This document shows, in pieces, positions 13,211-25,944 of a stretch of 64,000 bases of DNA. A model generated the notes under the pieces. That model had not been told where the DNA came from. It saw nothing but the letters and a program-made list of their open reading frames with translations, and ran no database searches. Position 1 is the stretch's first letter. Each line of letters opens with the position of its first letter. The stretch is from Camelus dromedarius (Eukaryota): the NCBI RefSeq assembly GCF_036321535.1, contig NC_087472.1, forward strand, positions 102,674,001 to 102,738,000. The letters are read 5' to 3'. The position numbers and the translations under genes are program-made.

Positions 13211-13919
13211 TTACTTCATATGTATAGAACATAGAGGATGGGGCTGGTGTCTGAGAGATTTTATCTAGTTACTCCTAACGTTTGCATCCCCTCCTCTAAT
13301 CCCCCAGCAGGTGGGGGTAGGGGGCAGAGGGGACCAAAAGCTAATGGTAGGACTTACTTCTGAGAGTTGCTTGACAATTAGAGAGAATGCTTGTAAAGCA
13401 TTAAGGGCAGTGTCTGGCACAGAATAAACGTTCAATAAAGCACAGCTATTTTTCTATTAAAGAGCTTTGGATACATTTCCCCATGGTTCATCTGAGAATG
13501 GCTTTGGTTTTCTCTTAATTGGTGAATGCTTGTTTCCATTGATTTGAGTGGTCATTTGAAAATCAGCCATAACTGACCCTTGGGGAAATAGCTCTAAATC
13601 TTTTATGTATAAAGATGACATGGTACCCACCAGTGTAGTGCATAGTATAAGGCAGAAACGCAATAAATATTAGATATGATGGTGATGGTGATGGCAGTAA
13701 GTGTTATTTTCCTCTCTATCCAAACTCATGTACCTCAAATCTTAACTCCATTGCTTAGCCCAGCTCTTCTCCACTTGCTGGCTATACATACAATTTAAAG
13801 TTACAGAAGCAGATAACATTAAAGGAGCTTAAATTCAAAATGTGGAAGATCCTATGCATTTGAGGGGGCAGGTGGATGTCAGTTTTTCTTGTGTTTATTG
13901 CTTTATCTGATGATGTCAG

Positions 13920-14160
13920 ATAAGGAAGCAAAATGGTGATGTTGGAAACTAAATGATCTTAGTTTAAGTTTCAGCATTACTATTTAATTAGTTATGAAAC
14001 CTTGCAAATTTCCTTAATCTTTTTTCTCATTCGCAAAATGTAGAAAATAATAGTATTGACCTCAAGGAATTATTGTGAAGATTAAATGAATTAATACTTC
14101 TAAAACACTGAGAACAGTGCTTCTTTCATGGTGTGCACTCAAGGAATGTTGTCTTATGAA
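13920..14160 (+). mobile_element. MIR SINE
   Basis: 'tttctcattcgcaaaatg...attattgtgaagattaaatga...agaacagtgc'. Confidence 0.7.
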
Positions 14161-14329
14161 TACACTATTGCCTGTCATATAGGAAGGCAGGAGAGAGGCT
14201 CTTTTGTTGGTGATGTTGATGTTAACAAATTACATCTCAACAATTTATGGAACTCAGAGCAAAGGAGATACATTAGTGGGAAAACTCTTATTACTTCGTT
14301 TGAAATCAATCACTTTGTATGGTATTGTG

Positions 14330-14750
14330 TCAATGAAAATTGAATTTGACTGTAAGAAATAGAAAGTCCAACTTTTATGACTGAAATAGAAAGTTCTACA
14401 TCTCTGGAGGCCAGAAGCTCCTGGCATTGGTTTGGCAGCTCAACTATGTCAAGGCCTGGTATGTCTTAATTTCCCTAGGCCCTTCGCTCGTGGCTACAAG
14501 ATGGCTGCTACAGCTCCAGGCACTGGGCTATATATAGCCAAGGCAGAAAGAAGGAGGAAAGAGTGGTGCCAGCCTTTTGTGCCTATTTTATCAAGAAATC
14601 AAAATCTTTCTTGGAAACCCTTTAAACAAATGACTTTTTCTCTCTCATTGGCCAGCATTATGTGACATGGCCACCACTGGTGGCAAGGGAAGCCAGGAAA
14701 GCCAGTTAGTAGTGTTCCCAGTGTGTAAGTGTGAAAACAACAAGTGATAA
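14330..14750 (-). mobile_element. ERVL-MaLR LTR (MLT1K/L-like)
   Basis: 'caagatggctgctacagctccagg' and 'tctcattggccagcattatgtgacatggccacc'. Confidence 0.65.
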
Positions 14751-15101
14751 GAGAAGGCTCGTTGGGTCATCCAATTAATGGTATTGGTTTCAGGTAGTAT
14801 TTGGAATTTTTCTAAAGGAGAGCATTTGATCTAGCAAACTGCAGATTCTATTGAAAGAACAGTCTGACTGATTCCGTGATTATCCATGAAAATCAAAATG
14901 GTACTTCTGTAAGGAGCATTTAGTCCAACTCTAGCATTTTAATAATGTCTGGCACATTAAGCAGTAAATATTTGGCTGAGTAAAAATAATCTGAAAAACA
15001 GAAACAAAAAATGGCCCTTCCTACTGGGTAATTTTATTAGTTATCTATTGCTATGTAATAAGTTACCCCAAAACTTAGAGGCTTAAGAGAATAAATATTG
15101 A

Positions 15102-15363
15102 CAGTTGACCTTTTGAATAAGACAGGTTTCAACTGCACAGGTCCACTTATACATAGATTTTTTTTCAGTATAGTTGACCTTTCTTATCCGGGGGTTCCAT
15201 ATCCACGGATTCAACCAACTGCAGATGGTGTATTGTGTTGGTTAAATCTGCAGATGCAGAAGCCATGGATGTGGAGGACTGACTGTGGGATTTGAGCATC
15301 TACATATTTTGGTACCTGTGGTGGTCCTGAAACCAATCCCCCATGGATACCAAAGGACAACAG
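15102..15363. mobile_element. MER2B-like TcMar-Tigger MITE
   Basis: Termini cagttgacctt...ggacaacag followed by TA; internal 'atccacggattcaaccaac' and 'aaccaatcccccatggatacc'. Confidence 0.8.
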
Positions 15364-15563
15364 TATCATGTCATAGTTTCTGTGGGTCAGGAATTTAGGG
15401 ACTACTTAAGTGGTGGCTCTGGCTCAGGATCTCTGCTTAGATTGCAATGAAAGCATCAGCCAAGTCTTCAGTCATCAGAAGGCTTGACTGGGGCTGGAAG
15501 ATCTCCTTCCGAGCTCATGGAAGTAACTGATGGTCATAAACCTCTGTTCCTCACCATGTGGGA

Positions 15564-16111
15564 TGTACGGGAGGAAAACATTTCTCTTCTTGCATCCTAG
15601 GTTCTTTGGCTGGTATAATAATTAAATTGACTTAAGACACATTAATAGGGAAAAAACAAATGTAACTTTGTACGTATGGGAGCCTCATACAGATAAGAGA
15701 GGGTCAAACACAGTCAGGCAACTGAAGCTTATATGTTATCCTGAGTGAAGGAGGTGGGGATGGGGTCTGGGGCTGAAAAGGGGAGGAAGACAGTTCACAG
15801 GAAGATGAGAAGAGCAAATGTTTGCTTCAGTGTTTGTCAGGCAATGCAGAGACAGTGGGACACACAGAGGACTTTGAACAAACGGGCTCTGCAGCCCTCC
15901 CCGCGGCTTACCCCCCCAACCCACACTCCTTGTAGCTCTGTCTGGTAGTAGCTCTCTTCCCGGACAAGGACCTCTATCTAAATTCTTCTGTGCAGTTAAG
16001 GGGGAGGTAAAAAGCTCTTGTTGAGTCTGTTGGACCTTGATTATCTTGATGTCAAAATAATACACATGCCAAAGTGGCACATTCTGGGGTGGCCCGCACT
16101 GAATCCTGTCA
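15564..16111 (-). mobile_element. ERV1 solo LTR, MER34-related (copy 3), inside MLT1
   Basis: TG...CA ends; 'catgccaaagtggcacattctggggtggc' matches the MER34-type 5' end on the minus strand. Confidence 0.8.
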
Positions 16112-17489
16112 AGGCCCCTCCATAGGGTTGCTGGAGTGTTTTCATAACAGCAGCTGGCTTCTCTCTGAGTGAGGGATCCAAGAGAGAGCCAAGTGGAGAA
16201 GCCACAGTGTCTTTTATGACCTAGCCTCAGCAATGAGATACATTACTTCTGCCATATTCTATCAGTTACACAGGCCAATCCTCATCAAATATGGGTGGGG
16301 ACTCTAGAAGGGCGTGCATACCAGAAGGCAGAGATCACTGGACACCATCTTACAGGCTGGCTACCACACTCACAGAGGAGCTAGTTAGCAGTGAAATGAG
16401 AATGGAGAGTCCCCCTTCTCTGATGCTCAACCTGTGGCCCATGTGACACTCTTACCTTCATCTTTATATTATTTTAAAAGCTAGAATTAGCAATTAATAA
16501 AGATATTTGTTTAAAACAATCATTTAAATTAACCTCTAGCTTCCTCTGTGTTTTGTATACACCCACACAGATGCATTGACACAAACACTCACACAGATGT
16601 GGTTCAGTTTCTATCAGTATTCTTTAGACAGGAGAAAAACCACAGAGTTCTTGCCTAATGTAGCTAAAACCCAGAATTGGAAAATTAAAGAGAGCTGTGT
16701 CATCAACAGGGTATAGATCTCCCATAAGAATTACACAGTTGGTTTCCTCTTCCCTAAGTGAAATGAAAAAGAATCAAGAAAGAAGAAATCATCTGTAAAA
16801 TAGAAGGGAATGAGGCAAAAAGATAATTAAAACATTTTTAAATGAAAAGAGCAGCTTTTATTTTTTATTGTGGAACAAACTGAGTTCCCAAGTAATTCTT
16901 TGATGGGCCTGTGTTTGTACAGAAATACAGATTGGTAGAAAATTGCTTGCTCTGCTTAATTCCTTTTGTGAAAGGAGCCCACATTGAATTTCAACTTAAT
17001 ACAATGATATTATTTTCCAAGTGTATCTTAAAGTAAGTATAAATTTGTTTTCAGAATGACCAGTCCTTTAGAGCTTGTAGAAATAAGCAGTTTTCACTTT
17101 TTATCCATTCTAGTTTTGGAGCTAAAATTAATAGTAAGCATTTGCATTATTTTAATTGTGTCCTTTTGTTCCTATTCCACTGAAGTCCATCAAAACCATT
17201 TTCTGGGTATAGAGCAATAATCTGACACCTTGGAAAAATGAAAGGAGAAGGAACAAAGAAAAGATTTTTTGGTCTGGCCTCTTCTTTATTATAGAAATGT
17301 GTATTTCACTTATCTTTAAAGTTGAAATGGGTTCCTTTGTGGCTTACATATTTTATGTTTTTAAAACAAGTGTTCTAATCTAATTGAAAACAGTTTTTCA
17401 TAGGTTAAATCTGAGTGTATCAAATGGATCATACTCTACGGCCATTTTTTTTTAATTCATGGAAAACACCAGTTTATGAGAAAGGAAGG

Positions 17490-18075
17490 AAACTAACATT
17501 TCTAGAGCAGCAAATATGGGGTAAAAGACTGTGCCAGGTCACGTTGATGTTTTGAATTTGAAATGTCTTGACATAGTGAGCCAGGTAGGGTCCCAATTTA
17601 TAGCTGGGAGAACTGAGGCTGAGAGAGGTTAATTTTCTCATTCATTCAGAGACTGTTCCTTGAGCTCTTGCTCTAAGTGATAGGTAGTCTGCTGGGTGGT
17701 GGAAATCTAGTGATAAATAGGACAAGGCCACAAAGCTGGTGAGTGGAAAAGGTAGGAGTTGGAGGTTTCAAAGTCCAGTATGCCTTGATTCCACCTCTGT
17801 GCACTAAGCTCGAATAGCCATGACACAAGGAAGAATGTATCATTGATCATAAAGAGGTACATATTGGGGGTATGCTAACATTTCTTGAGTGCTGACTTTT
17901 TGCCAGGCCTTAAGCAAGATGTTTGCCATGTTGTAGTGTATATAACACTCACAACCACCCTATGAATTGGGTATTAATATTTCATTAACCAATGAAAAAT
18001 AGAGGGGCGAAGGGGTTCAGATTATGGCTTACAGTTGCTCAGCTCTTCAGGGGTGGAAAATAATTTGAGCCAAAG
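17490..18075 (-). mobile_element. MIR/L2 fragments
   Basis: 'aactgaggctgagagaggttaa', 'tcattcattcag', 'ctcacaaccaccctatga'. Confidence 0.6.
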
Positions 18076-18344
18076 AGGGATGTTTTATTTCTAACAGAAA
18101 GAGTGAGAGAAAGCTTTTACGGAGGAGGGAGACTGATGCTATTGCAAACAATGGCAAAGAGCTGGCACACATTTTACTTCTTTTCTGTGGCAGCGGCCAA
18201 CTCTACTAATCAATCATGGCACCTTTTCCCATGATGCTTGGACCTGGTTTCAGAAACCTTTTCAACATATACGCCAGGCAGCCACACCAACCAATGGGAC
18301 TTTGTACTTGAGAGAAAGTGTATTTTCCACTTATAGCAAGCATT

Positions 18345-18745
18345 CATAACTGTTTTGGATTGCCTAGCATCCATTTCACCTACGTGGTATCATTTGGATT
18401 TCTTTTGGGGGAGTTACATATTTGTAGCCTTGGTGGGAGAGCAATTCCAGGTGCTAATAATTTTTTACAGAAGCCAAGAGGCCATGCAAGGATATAAGTA
18501 TCTAACCTAAGCTTAGCCTATTGGAAGCTCTCTCCTGGGACTTTAACTCAGTGGCAGGAAGGATCAGACTTTGTCTGATCTGTGGTTTCTGCTTCCTAAC
18601 TCTCTGGTATTCTTTTGGTTGCTGGCCATTCCCAAGACCCATCATTTTTGTAAACATCAATAGTCAACCAATCATTTGCCTTATGTTTAAGTCAGCCAGA
18701 GTTGGTTGCTGTTGCTTGCAGATACGGAATCGTAATTAATATACC
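18345..18745 (+). mobile_element. MLT1J-like LTR
   Basis: 3' end 'tttaagtcagccagagttggttgctgttgcttgca'. Confidence 0.6.
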
Positions 18746-19252
18746 ATCCTGGATGGTTCATTATCAGCACTGACCCTGGGTAATTCTGTGATGTTGTCAT
18801 CTGAAATTAATAAAACAAAACTTTTTCTCTGGAAGCACCCTGTTCATCCTAGTCCAGTTCACACTGTCAATTTAAAATTTATACTCTTAAGATAATTGTT
18901 GGGACAGTCTCAACTTGGAGAGTTAACCTGTACTTTCCAGCTTTTTTCATTTTCACTTTTTTATTTTTATGCCTCTACTTCTGGACTCAGGCTTTAAAAC
19001 TCAATGTGCTTATTAATTCACTCAGGTAGGCTGAACTATCTTTTCCAAACCATCAAGGTTATCAAAGAACTGAATCTTTCCTAGATGTCCCATTATTGGC
19101 TTCAGGATGCAAGTACCCTACTAGGAGCAAGTTGTCCCTTTCATCTGGGCATTCTTGTCAGGAGGCTTCAATATTGCTCTGCCTCAGTTACAGAGAACTG
19201 AGTTTCCTTTTTCCTGTGAGTGCATGGCAAATGCCTGTCCCTCTACCTTAGG

Positions 19253-20015
19253 TTTATTGTTTTGTTTTTTTTTAATTGAAGTATAGTCATTTATAATGTT
19301 GTATAAATTTCTCATGTACAGCATAGTGATTCTATTATATATATATATTCTGTTTTATATATATATTTATATATATATAAAAATATATATATATATAAAA
19401 TACCTTTTCATAGTCTTATTCATTATAGGCTATTACATGGTATGGAATATAGTTCCCTGTGCATACAGTAGGACCTTGTTGTTTATCTATTTTATATGTA
19501 GTAGTGTGTATCTACAAATCCCAAACTCCCAATTTATCCCCTCACCCCATTTCCCTCCAGTAACCATAAGTTTGTTTTCTATGTCTGTGAGTCTGTCTCT
19601 GTTTTTAATTAAGTTCATTTGTGTTTTTTTTAGATTCCACATATAGATGATATCATACGGTATTTTTCTTTCTCTTTCTGGCTTACTTCACTTAGAATGA
19701 CAATCTCCAGGTCCATTCATGTTGCTGCAGATGGCATTATTTTATTCTTTTTTGTGGCTGAGTAGTATTCCATTGTATATATATATACCACTGCTTCTTT
19801 ATCCAGTCATCTGTTGATAAACACTTAGGTTGCTTCCATGTCTTGGTTATTGTAAATAGTGCTTCTATGAACATTGGGGTGCATGTATCTTTTTGAATTA
19901 GAGTTCCCTCCAGATATATGCCCAGGAGTGGGATTGCTGCATTATAGGGTAAGTCTTTTCATCTTTTCAGTTTTTTAAGGAATCTCCATACTGTTTCCCA
20001 CAGTGGCTTCTCCAG
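19253..20015 (-). mobile_element. Artiodactyl L1 3' end (ORF2 C-terminus and 3' UTR) with (TA)n
   Basis: Poly(T) head, 'tagttccctgtgc', 'ggcttacttcacttagaatgac', 'ggaatctccatactg'. Confidence 0.9.
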
Positions 20016-20034
20016 ATTAATTATCTCCCATGTC

Positions 20035-20150
20035 CAGGATGGCTTTATGTGTGGTTTAATGCTCTGTTATTGCTGTCTTTAAAATTCATTTTTGAACAAG
20101 GGGCTCATTTTCATTTTCACTGGGCCACACAAATTATGTAGCTGATCCAT
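20035..20150. mobile_element. MER53-like hAT MITE (internally deleted)
   Basis: 'ggtttaatgctctg...tttttgaacaagggg...cattttc...ctgggcc...aaattatgtagc'. Confidence 0.7.
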
Positions 20151-21879
20151 GTGAGACACTTATACTAACCAGGTTCTAGTTTATCTTATGAACTGAGTTG
20201 GAGGTAATTAATTTAGTAGCAGAATCTAGATTTCTTACTATTTGGCTCAACACTCCTTAGGTTATAGTTTGTGGAAACTAATTTTTTCCTACTATTTCAT
20301 AATGTTTCAAAAGAGAACTTACTCTCAAACTTGAGATACAATCATAAAAAAAACTACCAGAAATTTGAGATTCAAGGAAAAACTGTTCTGAGATTGTTGC
20401 TACTGAGGCCAAATATGCTTCATACAAGACATATATTAAATATATACATTTATAAATATTTTGCTATATTGAATATATAAATATATTCTAAATATATCTT
20501 TTTAAAAATCTTAAAAATCGTAACAGCTCCAAAGACTTGGAATCAACATTCCTTGTCAGGAACAAAGGAAGTGGAACTCTCTGAAGATAGTTCTGAGGAA
20601 TACATTACAGAGAACCAACAGCATCCGAGCCAGGGAGCATCTTGACACCTGATGATAGCAGGAAGGCCTGATGCCAGAAAAAATGTCAGCATAACATGAA
20701 TTCCCGTAGGTATTTGCAACTCTGCTGCCAAATTGATTTTACAGTATTCTGACAACAGAAGCCATTGGGTCTTTATAGACCAATTTCCAATGTCTGCACT
20801 TCTGAAATCCTTCACCCCAGACCCAATGACAATTTCTAGATGGATGCTAAAGCAATTTGCTGAACTAATCAGGACCTTGGATCTTGATGGATATGTTGTT
20901 CACTTGCACTAATCCTAGATGTTGTTGGGTTGGTTTTTCAGAGCCAAGGCAATGGCCAGTTTTGTCAGAGTAACTTTAAAAAAAAAAAAAAGGTGAGTTA
21001 AAGGGTTACTCTAGAGAGGGAGGAGAGAACAGTGAGATGAAGAGTAAAATGAGTGTACTACATGCTTTAATATTTGAAAGGAAGAATATGATTTTGTCAA
21101 TTAACTGGGCCGTCTTGCTCTGAACCAGGCTCTGAATGCTTATGGTGGAGGGAAGCCCATCATCTGAAGTCCACTGGGTACCCTGGTTTGGGCTGCTGGG
21201 TGTGGGTGCCCGATGTGGAGGGGAAATGTGGGTCAAGAATGAGTCTAGTTGAAGTGCTAAAGTGGATCCCTAAGAACAAGCAAAAGAAATTCCTGCATAG
21301 AGGACAGGCCCTCCACACTGGCTGGAGGGGTCGATGTATGTGTGTGGAGATGAGAGGACCAGAGAAGGTAAAAGAGCTGCAGGAGTGGTTGACACAGAGT
21401 GCAGGGGTGGTGGGAAAGTTCACTGCCCCGGGTTACCAGAGAGGACTTACAGGTTGCTGGGCAGGCTTGGGAACAGCCCTCCAGGCTGTGTGGCAGGTGA
21501 GCTTTGACAGCAATGTGATCTGAGTAGGAAGAATCGCGGCTCAAACAGAAAGGGATTTGGCTCCAGTAGCCATGTGGCAGAGGGTGGACCAGAGCCCAAC
21601 AGAAATCACTTAGCCTTGGATGTACAGGGGAAAGGTAGATTGTGTGGGGAACTGTCACCAGGTGACAAGGAGTGGACTTGAGAGGTTTAGACCTCTGAGT
21701 AAAGGGACACAGTGGTTGAGATTTATCCGCTTGGGCCCAGACTGTGCCCCAAATGTTTTTAAAGATTAACTTACTTCTATATATGTTTTATTATGAAGTA
21801 GTTTGACTCACAAGAAATGGCAAAAATAGTACAAGGAGTTTCCCCTTAGGATAACATCTTATAAAATTTTCTTACCATG

Positions 21880-22030
21880 ATAACAGCTTCTGTAACAAAG
21901 GATCATAGACTGCGTGGCTAATAAACAATAGAAATCCTTTCTCACAGTTCTGGAGGATAGAAGTCTGAGATCAGGGTGCCAGCGTGGTCAGGTTTTGGTG
22001 AAGGCCGTCTTCCAGGTTGCAGCTGCTTAG
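21880..22030 (-). mobile_element. MLT1A/C-type LTR fragment
   Basis: 'ctcacagttctggagg...aagtctgagatcagggtgccagcgtggtcagg'. Confidence 0.75.
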
Positions 22031-22384
22031 TTAGCCTCCTTGATGTTTTTTTTTTTTTTAAACAGTTTTTTTTTTTTTAACATTTTTTATTGATTTATAA
22101 ACATTTTACAATGTTGTGTCAAATTCCAGTGTAGAGCACAATTTTTCAGTTATACATGAACATATATATATTCATTGTCACATTTTTTTCTCTGTGAGCT
22201 ACCATAAGATCTTGTGTATATTTCCCTGTGCTATACAGTATAATCTTGTTTATCTATTCTACAATTTTGAAATCCCATCTATCCCTTCCCACCCTCCGCC
22301 CCCTTGGCAACCACAGGTTTGTATTCTATGTCTATGAATCTGTTTCTGTTTTGTATTTATGCTTTGTTTGTTTGTTTGTTTGTT

Positions 22385-24115
22385 TTAGATTCCACATATG
22401 AGCGGTCTCATATGGTATTTTTCTTTCTCTTTCTGGCTTACTTCACTTAGAATGACATTCTCCAGGGACATCCATGTTGCTGCAAATGGTGTTATTTTGT
22501 TGGTTTTTATGGCTGAATAGTATTCCATTGTATAAATATGCCACCACTTATTTATCCAGTCATCTGTTGATGGACATTTAGGCTGTCTCCATGTCTTGGC
22601 TATTGTAAATAGTGCTGCTTTGAACATTGGGGTGCAGGTGTCATCCTGAAGTAGAGTTCCTTCTGGATATATGCCCAGGAGCAGGATTCCTGGGTCACAT
22701 GGTAAGTCTATTCCTAGTCTTTTGAGGAATCTCCAAACTGTTTTCCACAGTGGCTGCACCAAACTGCATTCCCACCAGCAGTGTAGGAGGGTTCCCATTT
22801 CTCCACAGCCTCTCCAGCATTTGTGATTTGTGGATTTTTGAATGATGGCCATTCTGACTGGTGTGAGGTGATATCTCATTGTAGTTTTGATTTGCATTTC
22901 TCTGACAATTAGTGATATGGAGCATTTTTTCATGTGCCTGTTGATCATTTGTATGTCTTCCTTGGAGAATTGCTTGTTTAGGTCTTCTGCCCATTTTTGG
23001 ATTGGGTTGTTTGGTTGTTTCTTATTAAGTCGTATGAGCTGTTTATATATTCTGGAGATCAAGCCTTTGTCGGTTTCATTTGCAAAAATTTTCTCCCATT
23101 CCGTAGGTTGTCTTTTTGTTTCACTTATGGTTTCCTTTGCTGTGCAGAAGCTTGTAAGTTTCATTAGGTCCCGTTTGTTTATTCTTGCTTTTATTTCTAT
23201 TGCTTGAGTAGACTGTTGTAGGAGAACATTTTTGAGATGTATGTCAGATAATGTTTTGCCTATGTTTTCCTCTAGGAGGTTTATTGTATCTTGTCTTATG
23301 TTTAAGTCTTTGATCCATTTTGAGTTTATTTTTGTGTATGGTGTAAGAGAGTGTTCTAGCTTCATTGTTTTGCATGCTGCTGTCCAGTTTTCCCAACACC
23401 ATTTGCTGAAGAGACTGTCTTTATTCCATTGTATATTCTTGCCTCTTTGGTCGAAGATTAGTTGATCAAAAGTTTGTGGGTTCATTTCTGGGTGCTCTAT
23501 TCTGTTCCATTGGTCTATATGTCTGTTTTTGTACCAGTACCATGCTGTCTTGATGACTGTAGCTGTATAGTATTGTCTGAAGTCTGGGAGAGTTACTCCT
23601 CCAGCCTCTTTCTTTCTCTTCAGTAATGCTTTGGCAATTCTAGGTCTTTGATGGTTCCATATAAATTTTATTACGATTTGTTCTAGTTCTGTGAAATATG
23701 TCCTGGGTAATTTGATAGGGATTGCATTAAATCTGTAGAGTGCCTTGGGCATTGTGACCATTTTAACAATGTTGATTCTTCCAATCCAGGAGCATGGGAT
23801 ATCTTTCCATTTTTTAAGGTCTTCTTTAATTTCCCTCATCAATGGTTTATAGTTTTCTGTGTATAAATCTTTCACCTCCTTGGTTAGATTTATTCCTAGG
23901 TATTTTATTACTTTGGGTGTTATTTTAAAGGGGATTGTTTCTTTACTTTCTTTTTCTGTTGATTCATCATTAGTGTAAAGAAATGCAACTGATTTTTGAA
24001 CGTTAATCTTGTAACCTGCTACCTTGCTGAATTCTTCGATCAGCTCTAGTAGTTTGTGTGTGGACCTTTTAGGGTTTTCTATATATAGTAACATGTCATC
24101 GGCATATAGTGACAC
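22385..24115 (-). pseudogene. L1 ORF2p C-terminal 576-aa open frame
   Basis: Contains the YADD RT motif and the [18 protein letters not shown] zinc knuckle; upstream ORF2 is broken by stops and frameshifts. Confidence 0.95.
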
Positions 24116-25198
24116 TTCTACCTCTTCTTTTCCAATTTGGATCCCTTTTATTTCTCTCTCTCATCTGATTGCTGTGGCTAGGACTTCTAGGACTGTGTTG
24201 AATAGGAGTGGTGATAGTGGGCATCCTTGTCTTGTCCCAGATTTTAGCAGGAAGCTTTTGAGTTTTTCACTGTTGAGTACTATGCTGGCTGTAGGTTTGT
24301 CATATATAGCTTTTATTATGTTGAGATATGTTCCCTCTATACCCACTTTGGTGAGAGTTTTTATCATAAATGGGTGTTGAATTTTATCAAATGCTTTTTC
24401 TGCATCTGTTGAGACGATCATGCGGTTTTTGTCCTTTCTCTTGTTGATGTGATGTATTACATTGATTGATTTGCGTATGTTGAACCACCCTTGTGTCAAC
24501 ACATTCTATTTGCTAATATTTTGGTGAGGATTTTGGCGTCTATGTTCATCAGTGATATTGGCCTACAATTCTCTTTTTTGGTAGTGTCTTTGCCTGGTTT
24601 TGGTATCAGGGTGATGGTGGCTTCATAGAATGAGTTTGGGAGTATTCCCTCCTTTTCAATTGTCTGGAAGAGTTTGAGAAAACCGGTATGAGTTCTTCTT
24701 TGTATGTTTGGTAGAATTACCCGGTGAAGCCGTCCGGTCCTGGACTTTTATTTGTAGGGAGGTTTTTAATTGCTATTTCTATTTCCTTTCTAGTGATCGG
24801 ATTGTTGAAGTGTTCAGATTCTTCTTGATTCAGTTTTGGTGGACAGTATGTTTCCAGAAACTTGTCCCTCTCCTCTAGGTTATCCAGTTTGGTTCCATAT
24901 AGTTTTTCATAATATTCTTGTATGATATTCTGTATTTCTATTTTATTTGTTGTAATTTCTCCATTCTCCTTTCTTATTTTGCTAATTTGTGCTCTTTTTT
25001 CTTCTTTGTGAGTTTGGCCAGAGGTTTGTCAATTTTATTTACTTTTTCAAAAACCCAGCTTTTGGTTTGGTTGATTTTTTTCTATGGTCTTTTTAACCTG
25101 TATTTTATTTATTTCCTCCCTTATCTTTATAATTTCCTTCCTTCTGCTGCCTTTTGGGGGTTTTTATTCTTCTTTTTCTAGTTCATTCAGCTGGTGGG

Positions 25199-25615
25199 TT
25201 AAATTGTTTGAGATTGTTCTTTTTTGAGGAAGGCCTGTATCGCTATAAACTTCCCTCTTAGCACTGCCTTTACTGTGTCCCATAAATTTTGTGTGGTTGT
25301 GCTTTCATTGTCATTTGTCTCAAGGTATTTTTTAATTTCAGCTTTGATTTCCTCATTGACCCATTGGTTTTTTAATAACATATTGTTTAATCTCCATGCC
25401 TTCCTTTTGTTCTCTTTTGTTTCTCTGTTGTTGATTTCTAGTTTCATGGCATTGTGGTCAGTAAAGATGCTTGAGATAATTTCTATCTTCTTAAAATTGC
25501 TGAGGCTTCTTTTGTGCCCAAGTACATGATCAATCCTGGAAAATGTTCCATGTGCACTTGAAAAGAATGTATATCCCATTTTTTGGGGGTGTAATGCTCT
25601 GAAAATATCCACCAA
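25199..25615 (-). pseudogene. L1 ORF2p endonuclease C-terminal fragment
   Basis: [19 protein letters not shown] and IFTDHN APE-like EN motifs. Confidence 0.92.
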
Positions 25616-25944
25616 ATCTAATTTTTCTGTTGTATTATTTAATTTCTCTGTCTTGATGTCTTTATTATCCAGCTACCCACCCACCCATCCATCCATCCAT
25701 CTACCTCTGCCAGAATAACTTTCCTAAAACACTGCCTATATTATGCTATTCTTCTGTTCAAAAAGCTGTAAAAGCTTTCTGTTTCAAGGACGTAAGTCAA
25801 GACTCCCAGTGTTAAGACAAGTAATCTCTGAAAGAATGCATTTGATCCAAGGGACAAGTTGAAGCAAGCAATCTCTGAAAGGACACACTCACCTTGACTG
25901 ATATGCCCTTGAAACTTTGTGCCGTTCAACTCAGTATTTTGTTT

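Larger units (their letters stand above)
15036..16369 (-). mobile_element. MLT1F/G-like LTR split by two nested insertions
   Basis: 'ttagttatctattgctatgtaataagttaccccaaaacttag' start, 'gccacagtgtcttttatgacctagcctcag' middle and 'ggctggctaccaca' end. Confidence 0.8.
22047..25651 (-). mobile_element. Young 5'-truncated LINE-1 (~3.6 kb)
   Basis: Runs from the EN-domain tail through RT, C-domain, 3' UTR and poly(A); TSD cttgatgt(t/c)ttt at 22039 and 25652. Confidence 0.97.

Noticed and set aside
15736..16233. 165-aa ORF on the minus strand
   Set aside because: It spans the junction of two LTRs and is a chance frame.
20520..20995. Processed pseudogene or coding exon (acidic peptide ELSEDSSEEY; AAG|GTGAGT near 20992)
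   Set aside because: The frame closes after ~30 codons, with no recognisable protein, no TSD and no convincing acceptor.
22385..24115. 576-aa RT ORF as an active or domesticated reverse-transcriptase gene
   Set aside because: It is the tail of a 5'-truncated L1 with no promoter or ORF1 and with upstream stops and frameshifts. An open frame of this length is expected in a young copy.
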